From assembly GCA_947259885.1 (NCBI GenBank), contig CAMYNW010000012.1, forward strand, positions 74,769 to 138,768: a stretch of DNA of 64,000 bases. Reading direction: 5' to 3'. Source of the stretch: an uncultured Gammaproteobacteria bacterium (GTDB lineage: Bacteria > Pseudomonadota > Gammaproteobacteria > Arenicellales > Poriferihabitantaceae). This document shows, piece after piece, positions 18,768 through 27,702 of this stretch. Under the pieces are notes generated by a model. The model did not search any database. It saw nothing but the letters and a program-made list of their open reading frames with translations, and was not told the origin of the DNA. Made by a program: the position numbers and the translations under genes. The stretch's first letter is position 1; each line of letters begins with the position of its first letter.

Positions 18768-20153
18768 CTACTTCCCCTGTTTCAGGTGGTAAGATTTTAC
18801 TCGGGTCAGGCTATGATAGCCTAAGGCGGATAGTGAGACACCTCGACCAGTGTCTTTACAGCCAGTCCAGCACAATGCTGGATCAAGGTAATCACACCGA
18901 TTCATAAAGACAGTTCCGGTCTGCAATTGGCGTCCGATTTTTTCCGCAGCACTGGTATCTTCTGTCCACAGAGACGCGGTCAAACCAAAGTCTGAGTCGT
19001 TCATCAGAGAAACCGCCTCTTCATCAGAGCTGACCTTCATAATACCTACTATCGGGCCAAAGCTTTCTTCAGTCATCACACGCATGGAGTGATCAACACC
19101 CAGCAGAATCTGAGGGGCCAAGTAAGTGGAATCTCCAGTATCCATGGCAAACAGTCCAGCATCTACTAGCGGTCTAGCTCCGGCCAAAATCGCCTCCGAT
19201 GTTTGTTCACGCACTAGATTAGCAAAGCGAATATTTGCCATTGGGCCGAGCGTGGTCTCAGCCTCTAATGGATTACCAAGTTTATATCCCTCAACAATTG
19301 CTTTGGCTTTATTGCAGAACACATTAAACAGCGTTTCGTGTACATAAATTCGCTCAATCCCACAACAACACTGCCCTGAATTAAACATTGCACCGTCAAT
19401 CAGGGTCTCTACCGCAGATTCGAGGTCAGCATCCTGTCGAACATAACCAGGATCCTTACCGCCCAGTTCTAAACCGAGGCCTGTAAACGTACCCGCCGCC
19501 GCCCGTTCTATGGTTTTACCCGCAGAGACCGAGCCGGTAAAGTTAACGAAATTAAAACTACGATCGGCAATCAATGCGGCGGTCAGGTCATGATCAAGCC
19601 ACAGGTTGGTAAAAAGCCCATCAGGAAGTCCTGCCTGATCAAACGCCTTTTCCAGGTGCTCGCCTACCAACAATGTCTGACTGGCGTGTTTCAAGAACAC
19701 CGCATTGCCGGCAATCAGCCCTGGCACAATGCTATTAATCGCAGTCATATAGGGGTAGTTCCATGGCGCAATGATCAACAATAGGCCCAATGGTTCTCGA
19801 GCGATATAGCGCCTGAATTCTGCAGAATCTTCGATATAGGTCGGTTCCAGAGTCTGTTCGGCAATTTTTGACATGTATTCGGAGCGTTCCTTAACGCCTC
19901 CAATCTCACCGCCGTATCGAATCGGACGCCCCATCTGCCATGCCAGCTGGGGCACTATTTCATCGTTCATGGCCTCTAATGAATTAATTGCTTTACCAAC
20001 AATTTCCCGTCGTGCCGAAACCGGCTGCTCTGCCCAAGCTTGCTGTGCGACTCTGGCCTGTCGAAGTTTTTCCTCCACCGACTCTCGGGCGTCAACCTCT
20101 CGCTCCGCATATACGGATCCATCAATGGGACTTATACAAACAATCTTTTTCAT
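18768..20153 (-). CDS. NAD(P)-dependent aldehyde dehydrogenase
   Basis: It has the ALDH superfamily motifs PWNYP, FTGS, ELGGKDP and the catalytic Cys region NSGQCCCGIERIYV. The ATG at 20153 (MKKIVCISPIDGS) lies 16 nt after the upstream gene's stop. Confidence 0.88.
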   Translation of the reverse strand: MKKIVCISPIDGSVYAEREVDARESVEEKLRQARVAQQAWAEQPVSARREIVGKAINSLEAMNDEIVPQLAWQMGRPIRYGGEIGGVKERSEYMSKIAEQTLEPTYIEDSAEFRRYIAREPLGLLLIIAPWNYPYMTAINSIVPGLIAGNAVFLKHASQTLLVGEHLEKAFDQAGLPDGLFTNLWLDHDLTAALIADRSFNFVNFTGSVSAGKTIERAAAGTFTGLGLELGGKDPGYVRQDADLESAVETLIDGAMFNSGQCCCGIERIYVHETLFNVFCNKAKAIVEGYKLGNPLEAETTLGPMANIRFANLVREQTSEAILAGARPLVDAGLFAMDTGDSTYLAPQILLGVDHSMRVMTEESFGPIVGIMKVSSDEEAVSLMNDSDFGLTASLWTEDTSAAEKIGRQLQTGTVFMNRCDYLDPALCWTGCKDTGRGVSLSALGYHSLTRVKSYHLKQGK

Positions 20154-20169
20154 TTTTTTGCCTCTTATC

Positions 20170-21540
20170 TCATGCCCGTTCAAAACCGCGGGCAATTTCC
20201 CAGTCGGTCACTACCCTGTCGAATTCCTTCTGTTCCCAGTTGGCAGCATGCACATAGTGGTCAATAACTTGATCTCCAAACGCCGAGCGCAACATATCAG
20301 ATTCATCCAACGCGCGAATTGCGGCGCGCAGAGTCCCGGGTATTTCGCGCAAGTCTTCGCCATGATACGCGTCACCCTGAAAGGCTGGCTCGAGCTCAAG
20401 CTCATTTTCTATTCCCTTGATGCCCGCGGCAATTAACGCCGCATAGGCAAGATATGGATTCAGGTCTGAACCGCCTACTCGGCATTCAACTCTTACGCTC
20501 TCGGTATCTTCTGCACAGAGACGATAACCTGCGGTGCGATTATCTGGGCTCCAGATAGCCCGGGTAGGCGCGAAAGTACCTGACTGGAAACGTTTGTAAG
20601 AATTAATGAATGGAGCCAAGAAACAAGTTATCTCACTTGCATGGGACAATAGTCCAGCCAGATAACTCCGCATCAATGGTGACATACCGTATTCTGCGTT
20701 GGAATCATAAAACAAAGACTCGGTTCCAGTCTTATTCCACAAACTCTGATGAATATGGGAGGAACTTCCCGCCATATCGGTATCCCACTTGGCAAGAAAT
20801 GTAAGTGACTTGCCTTTACTCCAGGCAATCTCCTTACAACCGTTCTTTACAATTACATGATTATCCGCTGAAGTCAGCGCATCCGCGTACAGTATATTAA
20901 TCTCTTCCTGGCCGGCACAAGCTTCACCTTTTGAACATTCCACCGGTATTCCCGCACCATGCAGTCCATTGCGAATTGAGCGCATTACATCCTCTTCCTT
21001 GGTGGTTTGAAAAATATGGTAATCCTCGTTGTAACTGCTCGCGAGATCCATGTCACGATATCCTGCCTGCTGACACTCTGTATAGCTGGTACTAAATAAA
21101 AAGAACTCCAGTTCAGAAGCCATCATCGCACTCATTCCCATCTGCTCCAATCGAGCCAACTGTTTCTTAAGTATCGCTCGTGGAGAATGTGGCACATCTT
21201 CGTGGGTATGATGGTCGAGCACATCACATAGCACCATTGCGGTTCCTTCCAACCAGGGAATACGTCGTAAGGTCGTGAGATCAGGCTTCATGGTGTAGTC
21301 TCCGTAGCCTGCAGCCCAGCTAGTCGATCGATATCCTTCCACGGTTTCCATTTCAAAATCTGTGGCCAACAGATAGTTGCAGCTGTGGGTCTCCTCCCAG
21401 GCGCTATCAATAAAAAACTCGGCATGAAAGCGTTTACCCATCAGTCTGCTCTGCATATCCACCTGACATACGAGCACCGTATCGATCGATCCTGCACTAA
21501 CCTCTGCTTTCAATTCCTCAAGTGTCATCAAGCCTTTCAT
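20170..21540 (-). CDS. Glutamine synthetase-family ligase (gamma-glutamyl-amine synthetase, PuuA/PauA/TdnQ-like)
   Basis: 456 aa with a GS type I-like catalytic domain (SELEFFLF, GSSSHIHQSLW, NPYLAYAALIAAG). It lacks features that would mark it as the housekeeping GlnA, and it sits in a catabolic context. Confidence 0.8.
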   Translation of the reverse strand: MKGLMTLEELKAEVSAGSIDTVLVCQVDMQSRLMGKRFHAEFFIDSAWEETHSCNYLLATDFEMETVEGYRSTSWAAGYGDYTMKPDLTTLRRIPWLEGTAMVLCDVLDHHTHEDVPHSPRAILKKQLARLEQMGMSAMMASELEFFLFSTSYTECQQAGYRDMDLASSYNEDYHIFQTTKEEDVMRSIRNGLHGAGIPVECSKGEACAGQEEINILYADALTSADNHVIVKNGCKEIAWSKGKSLTFLAKWDTDMAGSSSHIHQSLWNKTGTESLFYDSNAEYGMSPLMRSYLAGLLSHASEITCFLAPFINSYKRFQSGTFAPTRAIWSPDNRTAGYRLCAEDTESVRVECRVGGSDLNPYLAYAALIAAGIKGIENELELEPAFQGDAYHGEDLREIPGTLRAAIRALDESDMLRSAFGDQVIDHYVHAANWEQKEFDRVVTDWEIARGFERA

Positions 21541-21732
21541 TACCGTTACTCTCTACTATTATCTGTATGCGCAGAATAGCGCTTCAGTCACAACAGCGCC
21601 AGCTTGATTAGTTACCTGAGCCAACCAGGATAAAACTAAGGCCGAACAGGCTCAACACAGTGAACAGCAGTCAAATATAGATATTGGTCTTCCGCACCAC
21701 GGCATATCACAACGCTGATCGAAGTTGGTAAA

Positions 21733-22794
21733 TTAGTTACCCTTCTCAGTACCAATAATTAAACTATACCGATCCTGAAAATACATCACACCCTGCTCAT
21801 GTCTCGGAGACAAAGGCCCGGGGTGGTAGTTTCCCGAAACATAGTTTTGGTGGGTATCGAAACAAATCTGGAAATCCTGACGCACAACTTCGAGGTTGCG
21901 TGCAATGGTGTTGGCCTTAAATTCAGTATCTTCACAATGGTCTTGTTCGAAGTAAAAATGATAAATAAGTTCAGTTCGATCGTGACCGAGCGGATTTATT
22001 CTTGAAGTATTCATACCACCATTAAACAACGAAAGCGTCCAGTTAGGCCACATCCAGTACCAGCGACCCGTGTAAAACAGATCCTCTTTCGCCGGCGCAC
22101 GCATAGACACTAGACCCTTGTCAGCCGTGGTGCTGAATTTTTCGAAGTCTATGGCAGCATAAAACTCAGGATGGATTCCGGGTATGTGATAGCCCTCAAC
22201 GAAGTTGTCGGTATACACCTTCCAGTTCGCGCTGAATTCTACCCTGTGCTCATCGACACATTGGTAGTCCTCGATTAGCACATCATCAAGCGCACCTTCT
22301 GTATCTCCGAGTTGCTCCAGCAACAATTGATGTGGTTCGATACAAATAAAGACCAGGTTGCGCCATTGTTGTATGTGTATAGGCTGCAATGGCCATTGAT
22401 CGAGGGAAAAATCTGAATCCCCCCCAAACCAGGGCGCATGCCTAAGGACTCCGGTATCGTCGTAAACCCAATTGTGATACGGACAACGAATGGTGCGGCA
22501 ACTTCCTATGCCATCTGCGATCAGTTGTGCACCGCGATGACGACAGACATTACGGAATGCGCGAAGAATTCCGTCTTGACCACGAATGGCCACCACTTTA
22601 ATTCCGGCGATATCATCGCTAACGTAACTTCCTGGGTTCTCGAGAAGTGAAAGTGGTCCGAGCAATTGCCAGGTGGTGGAGAACAGCTTTGATCTCTCAG
22701 TCGAGAAAATCGATGGGGTTATATAATAATCAGATTCGAGATTGGTTTTCACAGGCACGCTGTGGCGATTTGTTGCCACAGCGTACCAAATCAA
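21733..22794 (-). CDS. Rieske [2Fe-2S] non-heme-iron oxygenase, alpha subunit
   Basis: It has the Rieske motif CRHRGAQL...CPYHNWVY and a catalytic-domain motif NWKVYTDNFVEGYHIPGIHPEF (choline monooxygenase / GbcA-like group). The start is TTG at 22794, 1 nt after the thiolase stop, so the start is uncertain. Confidence 0.8.
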   Translation of the reverse strand: MIWYAVATNRHSVPVKTNLESDYYITPSIFSTERSKLFSTTWQLLGPLSLLENPGSYVSDDIAGIKVVAIRGQDGILRAFRNVCRHRGAQLIADGIGSCRTIRCPYHNWVYDDTGVLRHAPWFGGDSDFSLDQWPLQPIHIQQWRNLVFICIEPHQLLLEQLGDTEGALDDVLIEDYQCVDEHRVEFSANWKVYTDNFVEGYHIPGIHPEFYAAIDFEKFSTTADKGLVSMRAPAKEDLFYTGRWYWMWPNWTLSLFNGGMNTSRINPLGHDRTELIYHFYFEQDHCEDTEFKANTIARNLEVVRQDFQICFDTHQNYVSGNYHPGPLSPRHEQGVMYFQDRYSLIIGTEKGN

Positions 22795-22795
22795 A

Positions 22796-23974
22796 CTAGG
22801 CCTGTCTTTCTACGCACATGGCGATGCCCATACCGCCGCCAATACAGAGGGTCACCAGGCCTTTCTTTGCCTCCCGTTTTTGCATTTCGTGTAACAGCGT
22901 CACCAGAACCCGTGTTCCCGAGGCACCAATAGGGTGGCCAAGCGCAATTGCACCACCGTTGACATTAACGATATCGGTGTTCCAACCCATATCCTTGTTG
23001 ACCGCACAAGCCTGCGCCGCAAACGCTTCGTTGGCCTCTACCAGATCCAGGTCATCAATGGACCATCCTGCGAGCTGCAGAGCACGACGGCTAGCCGGAA
23101 TCGGGCCCGACCCCATCACAGCGGGGTCAACACCGACGGTGGCCCAGGACCGGATGGTTGCCAATGGTGTAATACCTCTTTTCTCAGCATTTTCCGCAGA
23201 CATCAGCACGGTAGCCGCCGCACCATCATTGATACCCGATGCATTGCCTGCAGTCACACTTCCCTCCTTACTAAATGCCGGTCGTAGTTTCGCTAGCGTC
23301 TCGGCGGTGGTGCCATGCTTTGGATGTTCGTCAGTGTCAACAACCGTGTCACCCTTACGACCCGGCACCGTGACAGAAACAATTTCATCTTTGAATTTGC
23401 CGGCGGCCTGAGCTGCTTCTGTCTTTTGTTGAGAAGCCGCGGCAAATTGATCTTGCTGATCCCTGCTGATGTTCCATTTTTCGGCAACGTTTTCCGCGGT
23501 CGTACCCATATGGTAGTGATTAAACGCATCCCACAATCCATCTACAATCATCGTATCAGCGAGGTTTAAGGGACCCATCTTCTGACCCGTGCGCATCTGC
23601 GCGGCGTGGGCCGAATGACTCATGTTTTCTTGACCACCCGCGACCACTACTTCGCTATCACCGGCTTTGATGGCCTGGTAGCCCATTGCGACCGATCTGA
23701 CGCCGGAACCACATACCTGGTTGATGGTCACTGCGGTGCGATCCGTGGGAATCCCAGCATTTACTGCTGCCTGACGCGCTGCGTTCTGTCCGACTCCTGC
23801 GGTTAAAACCTGTCCCATGATAACTTCAGATACTTCATCCGGTTGCACACCGGCACGGGTAAGCGACTCAGCGATAGCGATTTCTCCTAATTTCGATGCG
23901 GGCAAGGATGAAAGGCCTCCCAGGAAGGCACCAATTGCGGTTCGAGTGGCGCTGGCGATGACAACTTCAGTCAT
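22796..23974 (-). CDS. phaA: Acetyl-CoA C-acetyltransferase (beta-ketothiolase)
   Basis: 392 aa from the ATG at 23974, with a GGAG RBS. It has the thiolase motifs NQVCGSG (active-site Cys), [17 protein letters not shown] and CIGGGMG. Confidence 0.9.
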   Translation of the reverse strand: MTEVVIASATRTAIGAFLGGLSSLPASKLGEIAIAESLTRAGVQPDEVSEVIMGQVLTAGVGQNAARQAAVNAGIPTDRTAVTINQVCGSGVRSVAMGYQAIKAGDSEVVVAGGQENMSHSAHAAQMRTGQKMGPLNLADTMIVDGLWDAFNHYHMGTTAENVAEKWNISRDQQDQFAAASQQKTEAAQAAGKFKDEIVSVTVPGRKGDTVVDTDEHPKHGTTAETLAKLRPAFSKEGSVTAGNASGINDGAAATVLMSAENAEKRGITPLATIRSWATVGVDPAVMGSGPIPASRRALQLAGWSIDDLDLVEANEAFAAQACAVNKDMGWNTDIVNVNGGAIALGHPIGASGTRVLVTLLHEMQKREAKKGLVTLCIGGGMGIAMCVERQA

Positions 23975-24020
23975 TGGAGACTCCTTTTGGAATAATAAAT
24001 TTAGAATTGTCGGGCACAGA

Positions 24021-24036
24021 ATTGTGCACTGCACAA
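24021..24036. promoter_or_regulatory. Putative PhaR-type operator (ATTGTGCA-C-TGCACAA), upstream of phaA
   Basis: A near-perfect 8-1-8 palindrome 47-62 nt upstream of the phaA ATG. The same motif recurs at four other PHA promoter regions in this window. Confidence 0.5.
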
Positions 24037-24167
24037 AACCATTATACCGGTCACCCTACTCTATTACAACGTCATACTATCGCGCCACTATTTTCACGCA
24101 GTGGTCGAATTGCATGACGGCCGTACTGGGTTTTCAGCAAATAAAAAATACGCCGCGGAAACAGTGA

Positions 24168-25043
24168 TTAACTCTTGAGCCACTCAACAACCGTTTCGAT
24201 CTGCTGGGGCACCATGAGAGACGGCGCGTGGGCACAATTGGCGAATTCAACTGATTCTGCCCCAGGGTGGCGTTGCTTCATCTGCTTGACGGTTGGCTTC
24301 AACAATAAACCAGATTTTTGCCCTCGAATAATCAGCGTCGGAATATCGACTTTTTCCCACAAATCCCAGAGCTCTATATCTTTGCACTCGAGCGAAACAA
24401 ACTGATCAATCATTGCGGGGTCGTAGTTCAAGACATATCCAACACCACTTTCGGCACGGGACACACCGTGTTCGACCAGATGCCGATAATGCTCATCCTC
24501 TAGCGGGCCGAAACTGGCATATACGGTACGATAGTATTGTTCCGCTTGTTCAAGCGTCTCGAATGACGGCTGCACACATAAGTACTCATTGATCAATGCC
24601 AGCGCATCACCTGGAATGAACGCGCCGACATCATTAATTACCATCCGTCCAATGGGATGATTTGGCATCGAGGCCAAGCCCATCCCAATCAAACCGCCCA
24701 TTGATGTGCCTACCCAGTCGAGGCGCTCATACTCGATGGAATCAAGGATTTTTAGTGTATCCAACAAATACTGCTCGTTCCGGTAGTAGTCAGGATTTGC
24801 AAGCCGATCGCTAGTCCCGCGACCAGGATAATCCGGGCAAATCACCCGGTAGTCCACCGCTGCCGCTCTCGCCAGGTAATCGAAATCGCGGCCATTTCGA
24901 GAAAGCCCATGGGCACATAGCAACAATTTGGCATTAGTCACTTCCCCCCACTCTGTCCAGCGCACCTGATGGCTCTGCCCATCCGCCGTAAAGGATTCAA
25001 CCTGCCCCGAACGACAACCAATTTCTTCATTAATATCAATCAT
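24168..25043 (-). CDS. Alpha/beta-fold hydrolase
   Basis: 291 aa with an HG oxyanion motif (LLCAHGLSRNG) and the nucleophile elbow GTSMGG. It is embedded in the PHA cluster, so an esterase or depolymerase-type role is possible but unproven. Confidence 0.7.
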   Translation of the reverse strand: MIDINEEIGCRSGQVESFTADGQSHQVRWTEWGEVTNAKLLLCAHGLSRNGRDFDYLARAAAVDYRVICPDYPGRGTSDRLANPDYYRNEQYLLDTLKILDSIEYERLDWVGTSMGGLIGMGLASMPNHPIGRMVINDVGAFIPGDALALINEYLCVQPSFETLEQAEQYYRTVYASFGPLEDEHYRHLVEHGVSRAESGVGYVLNYDPAMIDQFVSLECKDIELWDLWEKVDIPTLIIRGQKSGLLLKPTVKQMKQRHPGAESVEFANCAHAPSLMVPQQIETVVEWLKS

Positions 25044-25061
25044 TTAAAACTATTTTAAATT

Positions 25062-25105
25062 TTGTTGCATTGCACAATAAATGTTGTTATGCTGCACCGC
25101 ACAAT
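25062..25105. promoter_or_regulatory. Two degenerate copies of the TGCA-N-TGCACAAT palindrome, upstream of the phasin gene
   Basis: TTGTTGCATTGCACAAT lies at 25062-25078 and TTATGCTGCACCGCACAAT at 25087-25105. Both sit in the divergent intergenic region between the hydrolase start (25043) and the phasin start (25146). Confidence 0.45.
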
Positions 25106-25145
25106 TTATTGTATATAGTTATTAACCTTTAACAGGAGACATAAA

Positions 25146-25499
25146 ATGTCAAAAGCTACTGAAACCAAGCAGTTCGAAGCTGCAATCGCACCGGTTGTTG
25201 CTTTCAACCAACTGGTTGTTAAAAACGCCGAGACCGCATTCAATATGCAAATGGCAAGCCTGCAGGCATACGCCAAGCTTGGGCTTGAAAACATGAGCGC
25301 CGGTCTTGAAGTTCGCAATCCTGACGACTTCAAAGCATACGCTGAAAAGCAGAAGAACGTTGCGGAAGAAATCACCGCTCGCGTAACTTCTGACGTGAAA
25401 GCATTCGGTGAACTGAACGCTCAGTTTATTGAAGAAGCTCGTGATCTTGCTGAAAACAACGTTAAAACCGTTTCGGCCGCTGTAAAGAAAGCTGCTTAA
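25146..25499 (+). CDS. phaP: Phasin (PHA granule-associated protein)
   Basis: 117 aa, Ala/Lys/Glu-rich and helical, with a phasin-like N-terminus (FNQLVVKNAETAFNMQMASLQAY). It has a strong RBS (AGGAGA), a strong terminator, and sits in the PHA cluster. Confidence 0.75.
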   Translation: MSKATETKQFEAAIAPVVAFNQLVVKNAETAFNMQMASLQAYAKLGLENMSAGLEVRNPDDFKAYAEKQKNVAEEITARVTSDVKAFGELNAQFIEEARDLAENNVKTVSAAVKKAA

Positions 25500-25520
25500 T
25501 CGCAACTTTTAAACAGATAA

Positions 25521-25550
25521 AGCCGCTGCCGCAAAGCAGCGGCTTTTTTA
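25521..25550. terminator. Rho-independent terminator between convergent phaP and phaB
   Basis: A 9-bp GC-rich stem AGCCGCTGC / GCAGCGGCT with a 6-nt loop, followed by TTTTTT. It lies 22 nt after the phaP stop. Confidence 0.75.
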
Positions 25551-25556
25551 TGCCCT

Positions 25557-26303
25557 TTAGGCACTCATGAACATTCCACCATTAACCGGTATGTTGGCGC
25601 CGGTGGTGTACCCATTGCGCTCATCAGCCAACCAGGCCACGGTAAAGGCAATCTCTTCCGGCGTTCCCATTCGACCAACAGGAACCTGATCAACGATGCT
25701 ATCCAATACATCCTGAGGCATCGCCATCGTCATCGCGGTAGAAACGTAGCCAGGCGAAATTGTGTTCACCGTGACACCTTTAGACGCCGTCTCCTGTGCT
25801 ACCGCCATGGTAAATCCATGCAGACCAGCTTTAGCAGCCGAGTAGTTGGCCTGACCGAACTGGCCCTTCTGCCCATTAACCGAAGCAATATTGATGATAC
25901 GACCGAACCCGCGTTCCAGCATGCCGGCAACAATCGGTTGGGTGATGTTAAAGGCACTGTCCAGATTTGTATTGATCACCGCCTTCCATTGGTCGGGTGT
26001 CATCCGCTTTAAAGTCTTGTCACGAGTAATTCCGGCACAATTAACCAGAATATCGATGGCACTGTGCAATTTCTCGACGTGCTCGACCATGCTTTTAGCA
26101 CTGTCGTAATCCGAAACATCAACCGGAGCAAGGGTAAAATCGTACCCTTGTTCGCTGTTATGTTTCTGCCAGGATTCGGCCAACTCTTTTTCAGGGGGGA
26201 AATAACCGGCTATGATGGTGCAGCCTCGGTCGAATAGTTCTTTACATATGGCAGTGCCAATACCGCCGGTACCTCCAGTAATCAACGCAATTTTTTTGGA
26301 CAT
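25557..26303 (-). CDS. phaB: Acetoacetyl-CoA reductase (SDR family)
   Basis: 248 aa with TGGTGGIG, NAG and YSAAK SDR motifs. The end ANIPVNGGMFM is typical of PhaB-type reductases. Confidence 0.85.
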   Translation of the reverse strand: MSKKIALITGGTGGIGTAICKELFDRGCTIIAGYFPPEKELAESWQKHNSEQGYDFTLAPVDVSDYDSAKSMVEHVEKLHSAIDILVNCAGITRDKTLKRMTPDQWKAVINTNLDSAFNITQPIVAGMLERGFGRIINIASVNGQKGQFGQANYSAAKAGLHGFTMAVAQETASKGVTVNTISPGYVSTAMTMAMPQDVLDSIVDQVPVGRMGTPEEIAFTVAWLADERNGYTTGANIPVNGGMFMSA

Positions 26304-26337
26304 CTCAAACCTCAGGATTGATTATTAGGACAGACTA

Positions 26338-26369
26338 ATGCTGCGATGCAACATTGTGCGCTGCACCAT
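26338..26369. promoter_or_regulatory. Tandem/overlapping copies of the TGCA palindrome, upstream of phaB
   Basis: ATGCTGCGATGCAACAT lies at 26338-26354 and ATTGTGCGCTGCACCAT at 26353-26369, 35-66 nt upstream of the phaB ATG at 26303. Confidence 0.45.
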
Positions 26370-26550
26370 AATAAGATGAGACGCTGATGTCAAGAGCAGG
26401 CAATTTTCGAACAAGGTTAAGATCGGCGATGTTCCGATAGCTTAAGACGGATGTCGGCGCCTACTTGGCCCAGTCAGAGCGTTATTCAGACCGGAATAAG
26501 TTAGGGTTTATGAGCGCCCTAGAGTTGCAGGAGATAGTGTTGCGGAGCCA

Positions 26551-27024
26551 CTAATCCTTGGACTTTTTGTCTTCCTGCTTATCCTGGCCAAAAAACGCAC
26601 CCTGCATCTGCTGCCACATTTCCATATTTTGTTTGCTGATGTCAGACCACACTTTGACCGGATTATTCTCAATAATGTCGCTCATATTCGACTGGAACTG
26701 CTCCTGCTGCTGCTGAAAAAACGAGAGACTCTGGTTGATAAAGTCGGAGAATCCATGCTGCTGGTTTTCGCCATAATACCGTATGAAGTGCTGCAGATTA
26801 TCGGTGGAGAATAATGGATCATTTTCAGACTCCTGATCGATAATAATTTGCAGCAGAATACTGCGGGTGATGTCTTTCTTTGACTGGGTGTCGATCACTT
26901 TAAATTCAACGCCCTTCACAACCATATCCCGCACATCATTGATCGTGATGTACTTGCTATCATGGGTGTCGTAAATGCGCCGGTTTGGGTATTTCTTGAT
27001 CGTTCTAATAGATTCGTCGCTCAT
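26551..27024 (-). CDS. phaR: PHA synthesis repressor PhaR
   Basis: The N-terminus IKKYPNRRIYDTHDSKYITINDV is the conserved PhaR DNA-binding signature, and a second PhaR repeat region follows. Confidence 0.85.
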   Translation of the reverse strand: MSDESIRTIKKYPNRRIYDTHDSKYITINDVRDMVVKGVEFKVIDTQSKKDITRSILLQIIIDQESENDPLFSTDNLQHFIRYYGENQQHGFSDFINQSLSFFQQQQEQFQSNMSDIIENNPVKVWSDISKQNMEMWQQMQGAFFGQDKQEDKKSKD

Positions 27025-27151
27025 TGTGCTGCAGGCTCAGTAATAATCTGAATAAAAGTGTCTAAGTATTTGATGATACTATGTCTGTCAAGGCTATGTG
27101 GCGTGATTGCCCTGGTTCTTGACAAAACCTTAAAAATCCATAGAATACTTT

Positions 27152-27168
27152 ATTGTGCACTGCACAAT
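27152..27168. promoter_or_regulatory. Perfect 8-1-8 palindrome ATTGTGCA-C-TGCACAAT in the phaR / phasin-2 divergent region
   Basis: It is a perfect inverted repeat. It lies 23 nt upstream of the ATG at 27191 and 128 nt upstream of the phaR ATG at 27024. Confidence 0.55.
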
Positions 27169-27190
27169 TTTCGACCTAGAGGAATATCCC

Positions 27191-27652
27191 ATGTCAAATA
27201 AAAATCCCTTCGATTTCAGTGACCTAATCAAACAGATGGACCCTACCAAGTTGGCCCAGCAGTTCCAGGAAATGCTTTCCAGTTTACCTGTTGCCAATCT
27301 TGATCCCAGCGCAATCGCAGAATCTCAACGCAAGAATTTCGAGACCATGATGCAAGCTAATCAGGCTGCTGTTTCCGGTGCCCAGTCCTTACTTAAGAGA
27401 CAGGCCGAAATGATGCAGACCACGCTCTCGGAAGGAGCACAAGCAGTCCAGTCCTTGTCGGATTCTGAGCCATCTGAAATGGCCGAAAAAAATACCGAAC
27501 TGATTGAAAATGCTATGAAAAAGTCCATGGATAATTTCACTGAAATCGCTGGAATGATCGAAGGGATTTACGGCGAAATGTCTGAAAAGGTAGAACAGCG
27601 ATTGAAGGAAAATCTCGACGAACTCAGAGATACGCTGGCCAAAACTAAATAG
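27191..27652 (+). CDS. Phasin-family protein (second phasin)
   Basis: 153 aa from the ATG at 27191; the GTG at 27155 lies inside the palindrome and is rejected. It is helical and Gln/Glu/Met-rich, with a phasin-like segment NFETMMQANQAAVSGAQSLLKRQAEMMQ. It lies immediately upstream of phaC. Confidence 0.6.
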   Translation: MSNKNPFDFSDLIKQMDPTKLAQQFQEMLSSLPVANLDPSAIAESQRKNFETMMQANQAAVSGAQSLLKRQAEMMQTTLSEGAQAVQSLSDSEPSEMAEKNTELIENAMKKSMDNFTEIAGMIEGIYGEMSEKVEQRLKENLDELRDTLAKTK

Positions 27653-27702
27653 AGCTATCTGCTCTTATATCCTGCGCGCCATATCAGCCAAGAGACCACC
27701 CT

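Noticed and set aside
22818-23411. 197-aa and 117-aa plus-strand ORFs inside phaA
   Set aside because: They are antisense to a strongly supported thiolase gene. Their Ala/Pro/Ser/Arg-rich composition is typical of antisense frames.
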